Position numbers and translations under genes: made by a program
Origin: Eledone cirrhosa
Taxonomy: Eukaryota
Direction: 5' to 3'
DNA length: 64,000 bases
Assembly (NCBI GenBank): GCA_964016885.1
Contig: OZ024742.1
Coordinates: forward strand, 174,406,001-174,470,000
In this document: in pieces, positions 39,631 through 53,833 of the stretch
Numbering within the stretch: the first letter of the stretch is position 1
Layout of the letters: each line of letters begins with the position of its first letter
The notes under the pieces: model-generated
Told to the model about the DNA's origin: nothing
What the model saw: only the letters and a program-made list of their open reading frames with translations
Databases searched by the model: none

Positions 39631-40984
39631 ATTGTTGTTACTGTTTTCATCATTAGTTTAAAAAGGACTCATTTAGTTTTCTTTTTAAATACTTTTACAA
39701 AATTATTATTACACAATATGCAAAGGATGAGAAACTGTAAATTTCTTCTTCAGAGTTTTTGTTAATGGAAGGTTAATTACTCCCATCACGTTGGATATTT
39801 GGCTTTTGTTATTTATTTCCTAGATGTTAATTCTCACCACAATGTTACAAACAATTACCAAACACACAATGTCACTGCAACAACATGCTAGAATTATTGG
39901 CACATGCACTAGCTTCCATGCATAAAATCATAACGATGCACACTTTGCTTTGATGTCACAGTTGAAGAAATGCTAACAGTTAAGTTACCATTTTAAAATT
40001 ATATATATTTTTCTAATTTTTAATTATTTTATTTTTAATTTAAAATTTTAAGCAGACACACTTCCACAAAAGGAGCATATCAGAGTTGACATTTTTCTGT
40101 ATTGTTTGTCATATTTTAGCGGTCTTTTTTTCTGCTGGAATTAATGCTAATTCAATAATCCTGCAATCCAAGAAATGTAATCAGATCACACCAGATCACA
40201 CTAATTTGTTATTTCAAATTCAAATTTTAATTTTTCTACAATAACTGCTATGTTGTTATTGTTTTTTGCTTCTACTACTTTTCATTTAAAGGGGAGAGAG
40301 TCTTACGTTTCACATATTTTATTTAGACTTTTTCTTTTTTTGTTATTCTCATCCATTTTATGTAAGAGAAGCATTGGTTGATGGTGGTGATGGTGTGGCT
40401 GTCATGGTGGTAGTGGTGGTGTGGTTGTCATGAAGGTCATTGTGGTGATGGTGGCAGTGGTGATGGTGGTGAAGTGGGAGCTGTTGGTGGTGTAGTAGTG
40501 CTGTGGTGATAGTTGTGGTGATGCTGTTGGTGAACCCATTTGCTTAGGAGCAACCATGGATAAATTGCTATAGAACTTCTAACACATTGTAATGGACTAT
40601 AGGTTAAGGTATTGGACTTTAAATCATAAGGTTGTGGGTTCAATTTCTGTACTAGGTGGCATTTTGTGTTCTTGAGCAAAAATTTTCTTTCACATTGCTT
40701 CTTCTGCCAGGAATTATGAGAGTCAGATAATATCAATACCAGAAAGATCAATGGAAAGGTTGTTTCCTTTGTCTCATCTGATATGATTGGCTCCTTTTAT
40801 TTTTTTTTTTCATATCAACTTTTTCATATCAACCTTAGTTCTATGATATAAATGTTTTTGTTATATACTGTTTATATTTGTCTAAAAACTTTCTATGATA
40901 ATTTTATATAAGAAAGCTTGTTTAGTTATACTCCAAACACCAGTCAGGTAATAAAAATATTAGTTACATTATTAAGATCTTTCA

Positions 40985-41146
40985 GTCGGACGCCATGCTT
41001 TGACGTATAGAGTTACGGCCCTTGCCACTCTGAGTTCAAATCCCGCCGAGGTTAACTTTGCCTTTCATCCTTATGGGGTCGATAAAATAAAGTACCAGTA
41101 ATGCACTGGGTGATTGCTGGCCTTGTGCCAAACGTAGAAACAATTA
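40985..41146 (+). mobile_element. (ATT)-tailed SINE, 5' truncated
   Basis: Close match to 22870-23032. Confidence 0.85.
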
Positions 41147-41246
41147 GATAAAAATTAATTGAAAATCAGAACTTGTGACTTATATTAGAGATATGGCAAT
41201 GAAAGGGCTAAAGTATCTATTTAGCTTGTGACATATTGCTTTACAT

Positions 41247-41599
41247 CAGTGGTTCTCAAACTTATGGGGCCTCTATTCCCCTCATGCCCAGGTAATACCC
41301 TCAGCACCCTACACCCCTATTTCCAGTGAGACCTGCCTACATGCAAATTGTAAATAATATATGAATAAAAACGTTAATTTATATATCATAAATAATATAA
41401 TATATATATACGATGTATATATAAGTATAATATATTTTTTGTTTTACTGTATTTATATATAATATGTATTATTTGATATTTAATATACTATTATATCATC
41501 TTTACTACCCAGCTCTCACTGCCCCCTTAGGCGCCAGTCCCCCCCTTGGACCTCCTCAACGCCCTAGGGAGGCAATAGTGCCCACTTTAAGAACATCTG
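41247..41599. mobile_element. hAT-superfamily non-autonomous element (MITE)
   Basis: Imperfect TIRs cagtggttctcaaa / tttaagaacatctg and an exact 8-bp TSD ctttacat at 41239-41246 and 41600-41607. Confidence 0.88.
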
Positions 41600-43149
41600 C
41601 TTTACATTGATGTGCAATTTTTATTGGAGTTACTGGTATTTTTTGGTATTGGTATAAATATTCAATAATAAAATCTGTCACCCTGAGTCCTTGATATATC
41701 AATGTCTCTCCCTTACTAGCCACCAGTGTAAACCTTTCTCTATTTTGTCTATTGGGATCATGAGGCTGCTTGTACCGGAGCTTCTATATGTCAGAGAATG
41801 TCCTCCCACACTATCTGATGCTTGTATTATTGGGGTTGTAATGGTTTATGTTGCTGATACCTAAAACATCTTTTCATACACATATCAATTTTAACCAGGT
41901 TAGCCCTTAACTAAAATCCTAGATCTGCTTCTATTATTTCATCTTAAAAATTATAAAAGTATATTCATTTACCTTTTCTGCATTTTGCATTGCAGTGCTT
42001 ATTTCATGTTGCTATGCTGCACATATTTTACAAATATCTGAAATGACAGGACCGAGAAATGCTATGAAAGAGATAGCAACAGTTATTTTACTGCCATTTA
42101 ATGTTCTGTTTAACATGTGGTATTGTCATGTTAGAAGTATAATAAAGAATTATTTGTGGGATTTCAGTTACAGAAGATTCTATCCAGAAGAGAATAAAAA
42201 AACTCCCACATTTTTTTTTTTCTTTATTTCTTTTTTTCTTCGCAACTTTAATGTCGGAATTATGAAAAATTAAACATAACTTTAATGTATAATGAAAATC
42301 ATATTTTCAACCATTTTTTGGCCTCAATTGGAAATTTTCAGTTATTACCAAAATTATAGCTGCAAAGAAGCATTCATAATACATCTTGAATGGGAGTTTG
42401 CTTCCTTGGATTTTTTGTTTTTTTTGTTCATTGTTGGTTTTTGTTTAATTTTTTTTTATGTGTGTGTATCCTATTTTGATTTATTTCATCATTACCACTA
42501 AAATTATCATTATTACAACCACCATCTCACCACAACCACCACCATTCCCATCCTCATCTCTATATTAATTTCTTCTCCACCACTATTAGACCAAAGGCCA
42601 TTAACGCTATCACAATCACCAGTACTACCGCCACCAACAAAAACCACTACCATACACCAAATCGATGACTGCCACCACCTTCAATCACTGCAGACACCTC
42701 ATCAAAACCACCATCACTATCACCTTTATACTCTTTCTTTTTTTTAACACCCAGTAATCATTAGCAAGGAAAGATAACTCATGTTTCCTTCATTGAACAA
42801 TGAATGTAACAACAACAGCAAAAAAGGAATTCTGTGTTTGGCAGTGCAAGGCAATAAATTTTGTGGAAAGGAACAATTCATTAAAATCCTCTTGAGGAGT
42901 TGATTGGTTCTTATTTAATATTTAATCCAATCACAGAGAGATAAAAACTGACAGGGTTGATTCTCGGATAATTTAAAAACAGTTCATAAACAGGCATTGA
43001 CTAAATATCATCATCATCATCATCAATATTTTATGACCAGTCTCCCATGCTTGCATGGGTTGGATAGGCATTTTCAAAGCATCCCTCAATCTAATGTGTT
43101 CCTTTGTTATTTTTGCAGAGAGGTTCAGTGTTTTAAAATCAGCTCTAAT

Positions 43150-44530
43150 GATCTTTGGGTTTTCTCTACTGGGAGATGAACTTCGAGTTGAAAGGCCTAA
43201 AAGTAAACTTAGCAAAGACGAATGTTTTAAGTAGGAAAGTGGACAGTTGGGGGATATCATCAGGGAAGTGCTTTTGTTTGATATATCAGAAAGAGGTTGA
43301 TAAGAATTCCATAATGTGCACACAGTAATTCATGGATGCACAAAGGATGTAGTTGGATTGCAGAAAAGATGAATGTTGTATGCAGCAGAAGTAAGCACTA
43401 AGAGAATACATAACATAGTTTCGTTCAGTTGCTATGGTGGCTCCTTAGAAGTTGTTGACAGTTTTTTCTTACCTAGTCAATCTAATTAAGATTGGGGAAG
43501 TGGGATAGCTAGGATAAGAACAGGTTGGAATTAGTTTAGAGAGCTATTTCCACTGCTGGAAACAAAGGACTTTACTCTCAGATTGAAGAGTAGACTGTAT
43601 GATGGCTATGTACAAAATGCAATATTGGCCTTGACTAAAGAAAACCAGAAGAGGTTAGAAAGAAGTGAATAGAGTTTGCTCCGATCGATGTTTAATTTTA
43701 GTGTGCATGAGCAACATAGCATAAACAAACCGAGAGAAAGCTTGGTGAAAGAGGAATTAGATGTCATGTACAGGAGAGAAAACTGTATTGGTATGGACAT
43801 GTGATGCACACAAAAGATAGCAACTGCATAACAAAATTCAGAAAAACTCAGTAGGAGCTGTGGAAGAGGCAAACCCAGAAAAACTTGGGATGAGGTTGTT
43901 TGGTTGAAAACTAAACCTCACAACAAAGAAGATAAAAGACAGCAAGGGCTGGTGCTATGCTGAGCTGGTGAAGACTCAGCCTACAATGTACAATGTAGCC
44001 CGATTGAACCCTGTGACCCTCTTCCACTAACACTCCCTAACAGCTATCCTCACCATCACTAACCCCCTAATCCATCAAGGCCTTGTCACTCCTTAGATGC
44101 TTCTCCCTATAGAGCCCTTAGATATCCTTACTATCCTACCCTAATAGCTACTCCCTATATGTGTATGCACCCCACTCATGCCCCTCCTCTTTCACTCCTT
44201 AGTTATTCTCTCCATCACTCTGCTTCCCCTTCCCAGCAGTATTGAGTGCCATCCCCACCCCACACTAGTGAGCAACCCATCTATCTTTACTTCAGTGGAC
44301 TCATCCCTATATCCCTTCCCTCCTATGTTATCAAATGTCACTCCTTTCCCTTCTACACTCATCACTCTGTTGAATCACAACTCACTTGCCATAATGTCAT
44401 ACTTATCTCACTTCCATCACTCCCACACAACCCTCAACTGCCACAGACCAGAGAGGGCTCACTTGGTCTATTTAGACTCATCCAATCATTGCTAGCAGGG
44501 AAAGTAGACATTAAACAATGATGATGATGA
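43150..44530 (+). mobile_element. Highly decayed RTE LINE 3' portion
   Basis: Eroded matches to the RTE at 11040-11900 (aggataagaacaggttgg..tttagagagcta, tggtatggacatgtgatgc, ggcaaacccagaaaaacttgggatgaggt). It ends in a gat repeat at ~44520. Confidence 0.7.
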
Positions 44531-45320
44531 CACGTATGTATATGAGTGTGTCACCACACACATATGTAGTGTACAAAATGTATTACCTGTAGCAGATCAT
44601 CATCCTCACCATCACTGTTTTAGATCCATATTTGTCCTGTTGTGGGGAATGCTAGGTCAGGTGACCATGTCTTGCACACACAGGCTTTGTTTCTACAGTT
44701 GGATGCCCTTCCTAATGTGAACTTCATTTACAGTGAGTACTGGGTGCTTTTTGGTATGTCACCAACATGACCACTTTATAAAGTGGACTGGGTATTTTTT
44801 GTCATGACACCACTTTACAGCGTGGGCTGGGTGTTTTTGCCAAATACAAGAATTAAAATTGGAGACAAGTAAAACACTAAAATTCCTTTTTTCCTTTATC
44901 TGGTCTAACCATGCAGTTGGGTGCAGGGGGCAAATTCAAACATTTTTTCTTCTGACCTTGTACCTCCACAGGAAGCAGTTCTCAGTTATGTGTCACCTTT
45001 GTTACATTAAATTTTTACCTCTTTATTCTTTCTGTATATAACTGTAATTTTAGTAAAGGACACTTTGAGGTGGAAAACAGAGAAGAAGAAGAAGAATATT
45101 AATAATAACAATAATAATAATATAACTCTATTTTACTAAAACCGAATTGTTATGGCTTTCAAAACTGTTCAATCTAATCGATACAATACTTCAAAATAAC
45201 CTCAAACACAACTTTAATATTTATATACATGTATATGAGTATGTACATGTATGTGTGTGTGTGTATGCAGAGAGAAATAGAGAGACAAACATATATGTGT
45301 GTGTGTGTGAGATTATATAT

Positions 45321-45382
<62 letters not shown>

Positions 45383-45384
<2 letters not shown>

Positions 45385-45571
45385 CAAAGGAATTGTGGTA
45401 AGGAACCAGATGGACCATAATGCACCAGAGTACTCAATACTTAGGGTAGTAGAGTAGGAAATAGGAAAAAGTATGACCCCGACGGCAGAGCTCAAGCCGT
45501 TTCGACGGCTATTTCTGGACTGAAATAGTCGTCAAAACGGCTTGAACTCTGCCGTCGGGGTCATACTTTTT

Positions 45572-45576
<5 letters not shown>
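45383..45576 (+). mobile_element. TA-flanked PLE-like terminus ending in a 116-bp palindrome (45461-45576) built from hammerhead parts
   Basis: ataggaaaaagtatgaccccgacggcagagctcaagccgtttcgacggctatttc / gaaatagtcgtcaaaacggcttgaactctgccgtcggggtcatactttttcctat. It contains (G/A)AAA-cggc-loop-gccg-TC-ggggtcatac. Confidence 0.8.
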
Positions 45577-45633
<57 letters not shown>

Positions 45634-46369
45634 CATATACACCCATACGCATGCATGCTCTCATACATACATATATTCGCAAGTTCACCGTCAACAAACA
45701 TATATTAATAAATATATATACACGTATATTTTACATATGTATATATATATATACATACATTTATATATATATATATATATATACATACATACATGTATAT
45801 ATATATATACACACACACACATATGTGTATATATATATATATGTGTGTGTATACATATGCACGCAGAAAGATACGCATCATAAGAATTCTAAAACTTTTA
45901 AAGACACATATAGAGTAGATGTTGAAATGGCATTTTTTTCTTTTCCTTCTTCCAATATATTGATACTATTCATAGATTTCTTCAACACATCTATTCTATA
46001 AATACTCATTTCATATTCTTTGACAAAATACTGGCTATTTGGAAAATATTTTAAATGCTTTGCCAAAGATCTCTCTTCCTGATCCACCTCTATATTAAAC
46101 GGTAATGTTTCTTTTTCATATATTCTTTTATTATTTTACTTGTTTCAATTACTAGGCAACTGTGGCCATGCTGGGGCACTGCCTTAACTCTTAACATCAT
46201 GTACGCCATAAAACCGTAATAGCAAGAAATTCTTGCAAAGTATAAAACAGCGCAATGAGTACATCACGTTAAAAATTGACTTCTTTAGTTTACTGCAAAT
46301 TTTCACAATTCGTTTCACTGGTGAAGACACTATAAACATCCCACTTTTTCTTTCATTATATCAGTCTTC

Positions 46370-46487
46370 ATCTCTCTCTCCGCGCTCTCTCTCCACCTCT
46401 CTCTATCTCTCTCTCTATTACTTGGTCTCCCTTTCCATCTCTTTACTTCTATCTCCCACTCTCTTAAAATTTCTATTTTTTTCTATA

Positions 46488-46549
<62 letters not shown>

Positions 46550-46790
46550 GATCTCCCTTTCCTTTCTTCAATCTCTCTTTCTCTCAATCTCCATTTCTCT
46601 TACTCTCAGTCTCCCATTTCTTCTCTTTGAATCGCCCTTCCTATCTGCCAATCTCTTTCTTTATAATTATTTCCATCTCCTTATATCTCCCTATCTCTCT
46701 TCCCAATCTTTTTCTTTCTCTTTATTTCAATCTCTCTACCTCTCTATCTCTTTGTCTCTTTCACATTATTTGTACTTTTCTCTCTGTGTG

Positions 46791-46840
<50 letters not shown>

Positions 46841-46910
46841 CTGCTTTTTCTCTCTTTCCCCCTCTCCTTCTCTCTCACTCTTCCCACTTTCCACTCACCT
46901 CCTCTCCCAA
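46370..46910. repeat. CT-rich low-complexity / (CT)n tract
   Basis: Directly visible. It explains the 231-aa S/L-rich ORF. Confidence 0.92.
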
Positions 46911-47350
46911 GTGCAATTTGAAATTTGATTATTTTTGTGAAATCATTTAAGGAAACGGACTGTATTCATTATGAAATTGGTTGGCGCCAGTAATATGGGA
47001 GTGATTCTTAAAAACAAGGACTTCGATTCCATCCTGTTCATCGGTTGCATGAGAATTACGGAAATTGGGAGAATGGAAAGTTTAAAATACAATAAATATC
47101 AAGGAAAATAGAAATACTTATGGATGATGTGTCTGTGAAAATGTGTGTGTATGGATTTGTGTATGTTCATGTGGATGAGTTTGTGAGTGTGTGTGCGTGT
47201 ATGCATGTTGTGTGTGTTTGTGCAAGTGTCTGAGTATGTAAATATGCATGTAGATGTAGTATGTACGTATATGCGTGTATATGACTGAGTATGTGCACAT
47301 AAGTGTGTGCATGCATATATATATATGTATATGTATTTAGGTTTGTGTGG

Positions 47351-47705
47351 CTGTGTAACTGTGTGTGTGTGAGTGTTTATGGATGTGTATGTATGTGTGT
47401 GTGTGTATAAGTGTAATTATTTATGTAGATGTGTGTCTGTGACTGAGTATGTATAATTGTGTGTATGCTTATATATGCATGTGTGACTGTGTAACTGTGT
47501 GTGTGTGTGTGTGTGTCTATGGATGTGTATGTATGTGTGTGTGTGTATAAGTGTAATTATTTATGTAGATGTGTGTCTGTGACTGAGTATGTATAATTGT
47601 GTGTATGCTTATATATGCATGTGTGACTGTGTAACTGTGTGTGTGTGTGTGTGTCTATAGATGTGTATGTATGTGTTTGTATGTGTGTGTGTATAAGTGT
47701 AATCA
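47351..47705. repeat. TG-rich minisatellite, ~136-140-bp unit, about 2.5 copies
   Basis: ctgtgtaactgtgtgtg recurs at ~47351, ~47487 and ~47627 with shared downstream sequence. Confidence 0.85.
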
Positions 47706-50700
47706 TGTATAGGTATGTGTATATGTACATGTGCCTGCATATGTGTGCATATGTTTGTGAGTTTGGGGTTGTAAGACATAAGAAGAGGTATAACATGATA
47801 GTTGGCAACAATAAACTGAACCTCAGATGCATCCAACCTCATCCATGGTAACTTTTAAAAAATATAAAAATATTGTCGATGGCGATGATGATGATGATGA
47901 TGATGATGACAAGGGGGGGGGAGTGTGAAGCTGATGATGATGATCATGATCAGGGGAGGAGGGCAGGAAGAAAAAGATGGAGAGGGTGAAGACAATGATG
48001 ATGATGATAATCAGGAGGGGAATGGCAGGAGAAGCAAGATGGCGAGGGTGAAGATGATTATGATGATGATGATGATTATGATCATGAGGATGAGGATGGG
48101 GATGATCATGATCAGGAAGAGAAAGATGGAAAGGGTTAAGACGATTATGATGATAATCATGAGGAGGATGGCAGGAGGAAGAAGAGAAAAATGGGAAGGG
48201 TGAAAATAATTGTTTCTACTTTTTGGCACAAGGCCAGCAATTACCCACTGTATTACTGGTTCTTTATTTTATCGACCCCGTAAGGATGAAAGGCAAAGTT
48301 AACCTCAGTGGGATATGATGATGTTAAGCCCTTTCATTTTTTTCATTTAATTTTACGTCCGCTTTTTCCCTGCTTGCAAGGGTGAGACGGGAACTGATTC
48401 TGGCTTGATTTCTAAAGCTGGATGCCCTTCCTAACACCAACCTCATTTACAGTGAATGCTGGGTGCTTTTTTCCATGGCACCTCCATGTCCACTTTACAG
48501 TGGAATGATATGGACCCCATTTCTAATAAAATACACTATATATGAGTTTTGTTTAGTTTTGAAAATAATCAAAAATTTGGATGGCCTAAAGAGCCAAATT
48601 GCTGGTTGGCTTAGGAGTTGGATGGCATGAACAGCCAAATGTAGCTGACATGAAGATTGCAATTTGTCCAAATTAACCATCCATGCTTCCTGATATGTAA
48701 TATAGCCAGAAAACCTGATGCAATCCCATGAAATTTTACATATCTTAGTTACTTGAATGAGATGGTGTTCATAAGAATATAGCAACAGATAGCAGATTTA
48801 TCATTATGACTGCTAAAGGGTTCATTCTTTCATTACCATATTTAAAGTAACAGACACTACCCATGATTTTCAAATAAATTTGACAATAATCAAAAATTTA
48901 GAAGAATTTGGTAATATAATTAATTTTATTTATTATTAGTCTGGTGTTTGGAAACAACAAAGGTTCTTACATAAAATTATGATGGGATCTTTTCAGATAA
49001 AATATAAATATTTTAACCGATTCATTGCCATATTTCCAATGAAAGACAATGCTCATAATTTTAAAATAATTTCGAAAATAATCAATAATTTAAAAAGATT
49101 TAGTAATATATTCTCACTATTATGCTGGTGTTTGGAGAATAATTTAACAAATGTTCTTACATAAAAATATGGTGAGAGCTTTTTAGATAAATATAATCAT
49201 TTCAAAATAAACACTTTATATCATAAAACAAGGGGTAGTTTCAGGTAATTTGGTATCAAATGAGTTAACAAAGATGATGATGATAAGGGACAAATGAATA
49301 CCAAGAGAAAAATCTCAAATAATTCTATCTACTCCTTTACTCTTTTACTGGTCTCTACAGCCATTTTGGAGCAAGATTCCATATTATAAAATAAGAGGAC
49401 CCTTCAGTTGTGTCATGAACAGGACGACCGTCCTAGTGTTGGTGATCCACACTATAAACACACCCAGTACATGCTGTAAAATTGTAAAGTAGTTGGTGAT
49501 AGGAAGGGCATACTGCTGCAAAAAACTTACTAGACAAATGACCAGGAAGACCCTCCAGTCGTGTCAAGGGCATGGCAACCTCCCTAGTGTTGGTGATTTA
49601 CACGAAAAACACACCCAGTACACAATGTAAAGTGGTTGATGATAGGAAGGGCATCCTGCCATAGAAAACATGCTAGAAAAAAGTTGAGAGGACCCGCATT
49701 TGTGTCAAAAGGCATGACAACTTCTCCAAAGCACTCGATGTAACATGAGCCTGTATATAATGGAGACACAGATGCATGGCTCGTTGAGAGATCCGTAGCT
49801 CCGCTCCAGTACGGACTTTGTCTATATAAACCTGTCCAACCTTTGCTAGCAGGGAAAGTGGGCATTAAAACAAAAACGTTGATGATGATGAAACCATTGT
49901 TTCATATACTGAGATATATAAATGAGAAGATATACATAAATAGTGAAATAGAGATAATGGAAGACATCAAGGAAACAATGGTCAGTGAAGACTTTAGAAC
50001 ATTTGAAAGCCCCACCATTTTTTGTCTTGTATGTGTTCTATAAATTGTAAATAATAATTTTAGAAAATTTTTGACAGATTGTAGCATTTATGTGAGTTAC
50101 AGACAGACAAAAGTGCTGTACAGTTATTATAATATAGATTGGTTAAGGTTATGCATATCTTCAATTCTTTGATTTATGACATACTTTTGTTGCCAAAATT
50201 AGACACTAAAATGATATATCATCTATAAAGTCAACTAGAATTTGGTTAACTAAATTTATCTTAATTTAATAGGCACTCATTTTTATTAAAAAGAAACAAG
50301 ATATGAAAAACAAAATAGAGCAAGAACATTTACTAAAACAAATCACATCTGACATCAATATATGCAAAATTAATAATAATTTTATGCGGTTCACTTTTAT
50401 TGTTATTTTCTTGCTATCATTATTATTATTATATTCGTGCAAAGACAAACAAAAAGATTAAGACTGGAAGAGAAAGGAATTAAAATAGGTGAAATATGAA
50501 AGTTGTTTGCATTTTAGTGTAAGCAATGAGATGTTTCTTTTTATAAACAAGAGTCCGACATGTTTTTTAATACAATCGTGACTATCTGTTTATACATTAC
50601 TAAACTATTATGTATAATTTTGACTTTTTCTTTTCTGTCTGTGTCAAGCTTTGACATGAAACCCATCAATATATTTAGCTAAGGCTAGACAGTCATAAAA

Positions 50701-50973
50701 GTATTGTGAAATGGTACATCCAACATACAAAACAAACTATATAAATCATCATTTAACAACTGCTTTTCCATGCTTTCATAGCTTTGACAGGCCGACAGAC
50801 AGATTCAGTACTTAGCCAGAGATACTGTCCTCTTAAACAGGCTCAGGGGCACATTTCACTGATATGCAAGCAGTTTTAGTATGGTTTCTACAGACAGATG
50901 CCCTTCCAAATACTGACAACTTTACAGAGTTTAGAGGGTGTATCTTATAAGGGCATTAACACTACACAGTTCA

Positions 50974-51022
<49 letters not shown>

Positions 51023-51839
51023 AAAGAGAGAGAATGATATTGATATATATAAAGAGAGAGTAAGAGAGAAATAGATAGACAGAGAGAGAAAGAATTACAG
51101 TTTCTTAAATTAATGATTCTTACAGTACTAGTTCTGCTACATTCTTAAAGAATTTACCTGCAAGTTTGCACAGTAGAATTTGGGGATATATTTGTCATCA
51201 AGTGGGTTTAAGTTGAGAAGGATAGTGGTAATTTGTGGAGGGCATTGCTGATTGCTAAGTGTAACAAGAAAAAGTGCCTATCCCACACTGTAAAGTGGTC
51301 ATTTTGGTGACAAAATAAAAAGTAACTGGTCCCATTTTGCACTAAGTGAGCTCATTTTCGAAACAAGCACATCTGATGCAATAGCCAGAGTAGTATTGAG
51401 GTTAATCATAAACAGATACCACATAAATATAAAATCTACATCGTCATCATCATCATATGTCCAATTCCCATGCCAGCATAGGTGGCACTGGGCATCACAG
51501 TCCAGGACTGGATGAGTTGAAGGACCACATCATGCTCATATATTCCAGTTTCGTCATGATTTCTATGGCTTTGTGCATTTTATTGGAACACTGATACTAG
51601 CACTTTACAGAATATATAGGAGGCATTTTATCAGAGCACCACCACTACCCCATTACAGAGTGCACTGGGTGTATTTTACCATGAGGCTAGCACTAGAGAA
51701 GTTGTCAAGTCCTTGACAAAACAAGAGCATCTTCTCAACCTACTGCTGCTTACTCATGACATCACACATACACATGTATATCATCATCATCACTTTTTAA
51801 TGTCCATTTAAATGGTGATGATATGTATATATATATATA

Positions 51840-53692
51840 TGGAGACAAGGAAGGCAACCGGTCCATCGGGTATAGCTGCCAAGATGCTGAAGGCATCTGG
51901 GTCGGTAGGTCACACCATATCCACACTAATTGTTAACCAGGTAATACTAGAGCGTATCATACCAAAGGATTGGTGCAGCAGCAGAATTGTCAACTGCTAC
52001 AAAAGTAAAGGTGATGCACTAGATAGAGGAAACTATAGAGGTATAAAGCTGATGGACCAGGTCATGAAAGTAACGGAAAGAGTTATAGCACAGTTGATTA
52101 GGGACCGGGTGAAACGAGATCAGATGCAATTTGGGTTTGTACCAGGAAAAGCCACCACTGATGCCCTCTTCCTTGTGAGGCAGTTATAGGAAAAGTACCT
52201 AGCTAAAAGTAAGCCAGTCTACCTGGCATTCGTCGATCTGGAAAAAGCCTTTGACAGAGTCCACCATTCTATAATCTGGTGGGCTCTTAGAAAGTTAGGA
52301 GTAGATGAATGGCTTGTGAAAGCTGTACAAGCCATGTATAGAGGAGCAGTTAGTAAAGTTAGAGTTAGCAATGAATATACCGAGGAATTTAACATACAAG
52401 TCGTTGTCCACCAGGGCTCTGTTCATTATAGTTTTGTAGGCAATAACGGAGGAGTTTAAGATCGGATGCCCATGGGAACTCCTGTATGCAGATGATCTCA
52501 CACTTATAGCTGAATCCATGGTAGAACTAGAGAAGAAATTCCAAACATGGAAGCAGGGACTAGAAAGAAAGGGTCTCAAAGTCAACCTGACAAAGACTAA
52601 GGTTCTTGTAAGTAGACGAGAAAACAGAACCCAGATTCCCTCAGGGAAATGGCCTTGCCCAGTATGTAGGAAAGGTGTAGGTAGGAACTCCATCCTCTGC
52701 CCCAAATGTGAACAATGGGTACACAAGAGATGTAGTGGGATCTCAGGAAGTTTAACTAAGAATGTAGGCTTCATATGTAGCAGCTCCGCTGGGACAGCAA
52801 GCAGCAAATGACCACAGGAAACAAGCACCATCAAACTCTGGGAGGGCTCTGTAGAAACAGTAGACAGCTTCTGTTACCTAGGTGACTGAATTAGCAGCGG
52901 AGGTGGGTGTTCGGAAAGTACAATAACTAGGGTAAGAACATGATGGAAGAAGTTCAGGGAGCTACTGCCACTGCTAGCTGCAAAAAGCTTTTCCCTCAAA
53001 ATGAAAGGCAGACTGTATGATGCATGTATACGAACAGCAATGTTACATGGAAGTGAAACCTGTAGAAGACTTGCGCAGATTAGAAAGAAACGAAGCCTGC
53101 ATGCTCCGATGGATGTGTAATAGTAATATACGCGAACGGCAAAGTATAAACGAATTGAGAGAGAGACTGAGCATCAGAGGAATCAAATGCTGTGTGCAGG
53201 AGAGGAGGTTATGTTGGTATGGACATGTGATGCGTATGAAGGATGACAGCTGCATAAAAAGGTACAGAGCACAAGAAGTCGATGGAAGCCGCGGAGTGGG
53301 GAAACCTGGGATGAGGTGATAAAGGCCGACCTACCCAATTGCACCTCTCAAGAGTAATAACACACGACCGTGACCTCTGCAGTAATACAGAAACCCAACC
53401 CCCCACAGGAACAAGCCAAAGCTGAAGCATATAGACAATATGCCCCCACGGCAAAAAAAAGCACCCAGCCCACACTGTAAAGTGGACGTGTAGGCGCCAC
53501 GGAAAAAAAACACCCAACACTCCCTGTAAATGAGGTTGGTGTTAGGAAGGGCATCCAGCTGTAGAAATCACGCCAGAATCAGATCCTGTATGAGCAAGAC
53601 AAGGTCAGCCGACTGGACACTGCCGACAACAGGACAACCCGTCTAACCCATGGTAGCGTGGAAGAACGGACATAAAAGGATGATGATGATGA
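51840..53692 (+). mobile_element. 5'-truncated, decayed RTE LINE (related subfamily), (GAT)n tail
   Basis: KATGPSGIAAKML, NYRGIKLMD, QFGFVPG, DLEKAFDRV, LLYADDL, CPVCRKGVGRNSILCPKCEQWVHKRC, RRLCWYGHV. Confidence 0.92.
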
Positions 53693-53695
53693 GGA

Positions 53696-53728
<33 letters not shown>

Positions 53729-53833
53729 GTACACACATACACACATATATATATATAATTGGTGTTGTATGCTTAAAGCGTCCGTATGCGGTAGGCCGTT
53801 TGAGCACTCGATGCTCTCATAGAGCAGAGTATG

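Noticed and set aside
46233-46928. 231-aa ORF
   Set aside because: It is a CT-rich low-complexity tract that lacks stop codons by composition.
47880-48200. Acidic or Met-rich ORFs
   Set aside because: They derive from a degenerate (GAT)n/purine-rich simple repeat.
48860-49200. Degenerate ~180-bp duplicated AT-rich unit (related sequence near 40830-40980)
   Set aside because: It is too eroded to define ends or class, and is probably an old interspersed repeat.
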